DNA of 64,000 nucleotides from Yuukianura sp. NJ FZ-2021 (Eukaryota): NCBI GenBank assembly GCA_046563655.1, contig CM102285.1, positions 11,594,001 to 11,658,000 of the forward strand, read 5' to 3'. Shown piece by piece: positions 60,376 to 64,000 of this stretch (position 1 is its first letter; each line of letters starts with the position of its first letter). The notes under the pieces were generated by a model. It saw only the letters and a program-made list of their open reading frames with translations, ran no database searches and was not told where the DNA came from. The position numbers and the translations under genes were made by a program.

Positions 60376-63300
60376 GATCTCAAATCCTCCCGAGTGACAT
60401 TTTCACTTCATTTTTCAAATGTTTACATTTTTTTCCATTTCTGAAATGAAAAACAAGAAAAGCTCAAGGGTACTCAAAAAATTGAACTGAAATTGGAAAG
60501 CTTTATCGAAAAAAAAAATCAAAATACAATCTAGCAAAATATTCTGAAATTCTTGAAAATCCTTGTTTTGAATTTGAATATTTTCAAACCACACGGCTTT
60601 ACTTTCTCTTACAATTTTAACTTGCTCAGCACCTTTTTGCAATTTTGAAAATGAGAAATTTTTTGATCCTATCCATAAATGTGAGCTTTTGAAATTACCA
60701 CGGAATTTGAATAAAGTTTGAAATTTGAGAATCCTTCATTTCTATCACTTCGTGACTCCAATTAGGAGTGCTTACTTTCTCCGCTTTCTCCTAGGAACTT
60801 TGAAGCCAGAAATGAAGGTGATACGATTTCTTACGCGTTGTGTTCCGTTCCGTTGGTTTCAGTAAGATTAGGTTATGGTAGGCAAGCATTTGGTTTAGGT
60901 TAGGTAAGCGTCAGTTAGGTTATTTCTCTGTCTGTTTTGGAGAGAGAGAGCGAGGAAGTGAAAATGACGAGAAGATGATTTGAAGGAGAATTGAAGTGGA
61001 AGTGGAAATTAGTGTGTCTGTCTGCAGAAGCTTCGTTTTAATTGATTCCGCATCTCTTAGTAATATCCAAGCACAAGACTTTCACCACCACCACCGATTA
61101 CTTACACTTCTACGGCCAAGATCCTCATTTTGATCTTCGTCTCTTTAATCTTTCTGTCTGTTCAGATAGGAGCTTTAGTAGGAGTGGATAGATGAAGATT
61201 CTAAGATTCTAGAGGCCGAAATTCTCTGGGTTGAAATGGAGCATTAACCAACTCTTAAAGGAAAATCATCAAATGCTTACAATGAGACTTTGGCAGGGAC
61301 GATTAGGAACGGTTCAGTAGTCATCATCATCCATACAATTCCCTAAAAGACTATGATGCCTAACCTAAAGGCTGTTCTTCTGTCTCTGATCCTATCACAA
61401 AATAACTCTCTCAAACAATGAACAAAGTTTCTTGATTTCCAACTCATCCAACTTATCAACTTTCAAAGAACAATCATCATCTTCCCAAAGTATCACTTGT
61501 TTGATCCTTCACTTAATCATGAAACGAAATATCTTCATCCAAATACTCAGGTTTCAACTAAATTGTCTCTTAATTACAAACTTAATCATAGTTTATTGTT
61601 AAAGTTATTCAGCAATAGTTTTCAAACTAGTGAAATATAAACTTCCGATTTAGTTTTTAGTAAGTTAGAGATAATTACGATTGATTACTTACAGAAATTA
61701 GGCCGATGAAAGCCAACTGGAGAAAGTCGTTCTTTGGTAAACACTGTTTTCTCTTTTGGCTTTTCTTTACTTTCTTGTTTGTTTGTCTTCGCCTACTTAC
61801 TTTTTCGTTTTCAAAATTTGAGTTTTTGTTTGTTTTGGAAAATGAAGAGCCTGTCCACTGCGTTGGAATTCCACTTGGAAAGTGTATCTTCCTGTTCCTA
61901 ATCCAATTCTTTCAGGTTCCAGATTTAGAAAGTGCGCACACAACGCAATCTAAGGTTTACCTCCCCAGATTGAAGCAACAAAACAGAATAAAGGGCAAGG
62001 TGTAATTTTTCCTGTTAAGGTCTAACCTGATGCTACTATGTACTTCCGAATCTGCTTTCTCCTCCCCTTAGCTACTCAATTGTAATTTAACTTTTAGTGC
62101 AACCAAACCCAGAGGATCTAAAGGAAAATGAAAGGTGCAAAGATTCTTCCATCCTAGGGGAAAGTGAATCAATTTTTAATGGAAGGAGTCTGGCATGGTG
62201 CTTGGCGGGCCGTCAGTGCCTTCTCTCCTACTTTTCCTCCTAAATTTTGGTGTAAAAAACATTAGGTTTACATTACGTTTTCTCTTGAACGTACCACCTA
62301 AGGTTAAGTTACGTTCCCAACGTACCGCAATGTACAGAGTTCCTTCAGTATTCTTTTAGTATGGGCTCTTCTGGAATACTCAATAGACCCACTCATCTCA
62401 TTCCCAGCCTTCGGCCCTTTGAAGGAGAACCAAACCTTCCAGACAGATTTGAAAATTGCACATTTTGGGTCCATTTCATCCCATATTCCAAATGCAGAGG
62501 AGAACGTAGCCATTATCTCCATATTAAAATAGTGCTTTCTCCACAGCAGAAACTCTTTGAAACCTGATTTTGGAATTCTGAATGAGAAAAGTGATGAGAT
62601 AGGAGAGGTTGCCCTTTGGTAACGCGTACCCCGTTGGAGTTCACAAAGGGAGATTATTTATAAGGCAGCTGGTGCCAGAGGGAATAGCGTTTCGTTTAAG
62701 CATAACTTTCAATTTCAGAAAAAATTATATAAGAAACGATAAGATTTTTGAATTTTCAAGGGAAGAATCCCAAAAGAATTCAACCCGGTTCTTCAAAATG
62801 TCCAAAATTTACTTTCACCCTCAAAAACTCGTTTTCAAAATTTGGTCTAGTGCAATAGCTAAACCTGAAGATTTAAAAGAATGTTGAATTCCCAAAGCTG
62901 GACTTGCCGAGATAAGTTACGTTAGGCTAAGCGAGTCCAGGTGAGGTTAGCTTAGGTTTTAGCTTAGACTGAACTAAGCAAGGTGAAAGCACGCAAGTTG
63001 ATGGCAGGTAAGAATAAAAATTTGATAGGATTAGTTTCCGTGAAATTGACTTTCTCTCTGCAGAATTTCCGAGAGACTAGCGTAGATTGGAATGAGGAAT
63101 TTTATACTGGCCGGAGAGAGTCACTGGGGAGGGAGTTATTGCCTCTGCACTCCAGTTTTAGGCCTAAGGTATGCTGCCTCCTTGTACAGAATTTTGGAGT
63201 TTACCTTAGTTTCCCCATCCCCTACTTTGTTCAAACACGTTTGAACAAACGCTGAACTCCCCAGGAACTCCACACCCATTCGTCCCAGGTAGCTTTCTGT

Positions 63301-64000
63301 GATTCCTCTGCGGATAATAAACTCCTAACCTAATGGAATTTATCGGCTGAACAAAAGAAACAACAACAAAGTACACCGAATTCCAGTACCCGGGTAGAAA
63401 CAAATTCGGGGAGTTTAATTCCCTTTAGAATCCTCTTGCAAAACTCTAAAACTCTACAACAAAAATATCCAATTTCACAAACAGGAGAAAGGTTAATGGT
63501 CTAGAATCGTAAAAAAATATTCACAAAAGAAAAGGATTCAGGTTCAATTTCAATTCTTTTCCTATCAAATGTAACACAAATTCAACTTTCAATTTTCAAA
63601 AATTCAAATTTCAACCTGCGTTTATTTTGGAAGTCGCCTTTAGGTTTCTTCTTTTCTACTGCTGAGAACGAGCGTCGGATTGTGGTTTAAGATAGTGATA
63701 GTAGTTACTATTTTTTAAGAAATTCATTGCAATTTAATAATTTTTTGAGTTTTGAGGTTTAAAATTTGAAAATGAATTTTGACCGCACATTTGTCGTACG
63801 TTTCATTTTTTGAAAAAATCTAGACTCGGAGAAAGTTTAAAAAATAAACAAAGTCAGAAAAAAGAGAAATGCCTGTCATCCAGAATCAGATTATGGTTTC
63901 TCCATTGTACTCTTCCTTGGTAATGGGAAAGTCAGTTTCAAATAACAATTTCCTTTTTTTGAAGACTTTATAATGCAAAAGCTTGTTTCTTTCTCTTTTT

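Noticed and set aside
60860..60925. Scattered TTAGG motifs resembling arthropod telomeric repeat
   Set aside because: Only a few degenerate, non-tandem copies; the motif is common throughout the window.

Overview
This is eukaryotic, AT-rich genomic DNA with short GT-AG introns (mostly 55-90 bp). It is clearly arthropod-like; a springtail or other basal hexapod is my inference from gene content and intron size. No prokaryotic features, tRNA, rRNA or CRISPR arrays were seen. From left to right the window holds: four tandem minus-strand Tret1-like MFS sugar transporter genes (the first runs off the left edge); an intronless secreted cationic precursor ORF inside that array; a nested hAT/PIF-Harbinger non-autonomous transposon pair; a small two-exon gene missed by the ORF track, encoding a secreted Trp-rich, probably amidated inhibitor-cystine-knot (knottin) peptide; an RNF144-type RBR E3 ligase; a BTB-domain gene; a MARVEL-like 4-TM gene; a neurensin-like gene; and a membrane dipeptidase (M19) gene. 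One 7.1-kb intron of the dipeptidase hosts two complete opposite-strand genes, an orphan Pro-rich gene and WDR78/DNAI4. The dipeptidase's metal-ligand Glu codon reads as TAA in this sequence. Several intronic MITEs with recognisable TIRs and TSDs, and an excess of perfect nuclear-receptor DR1/IR1 motifs, are also present. Exon boundaries were read by eye and may be off by a few bases.
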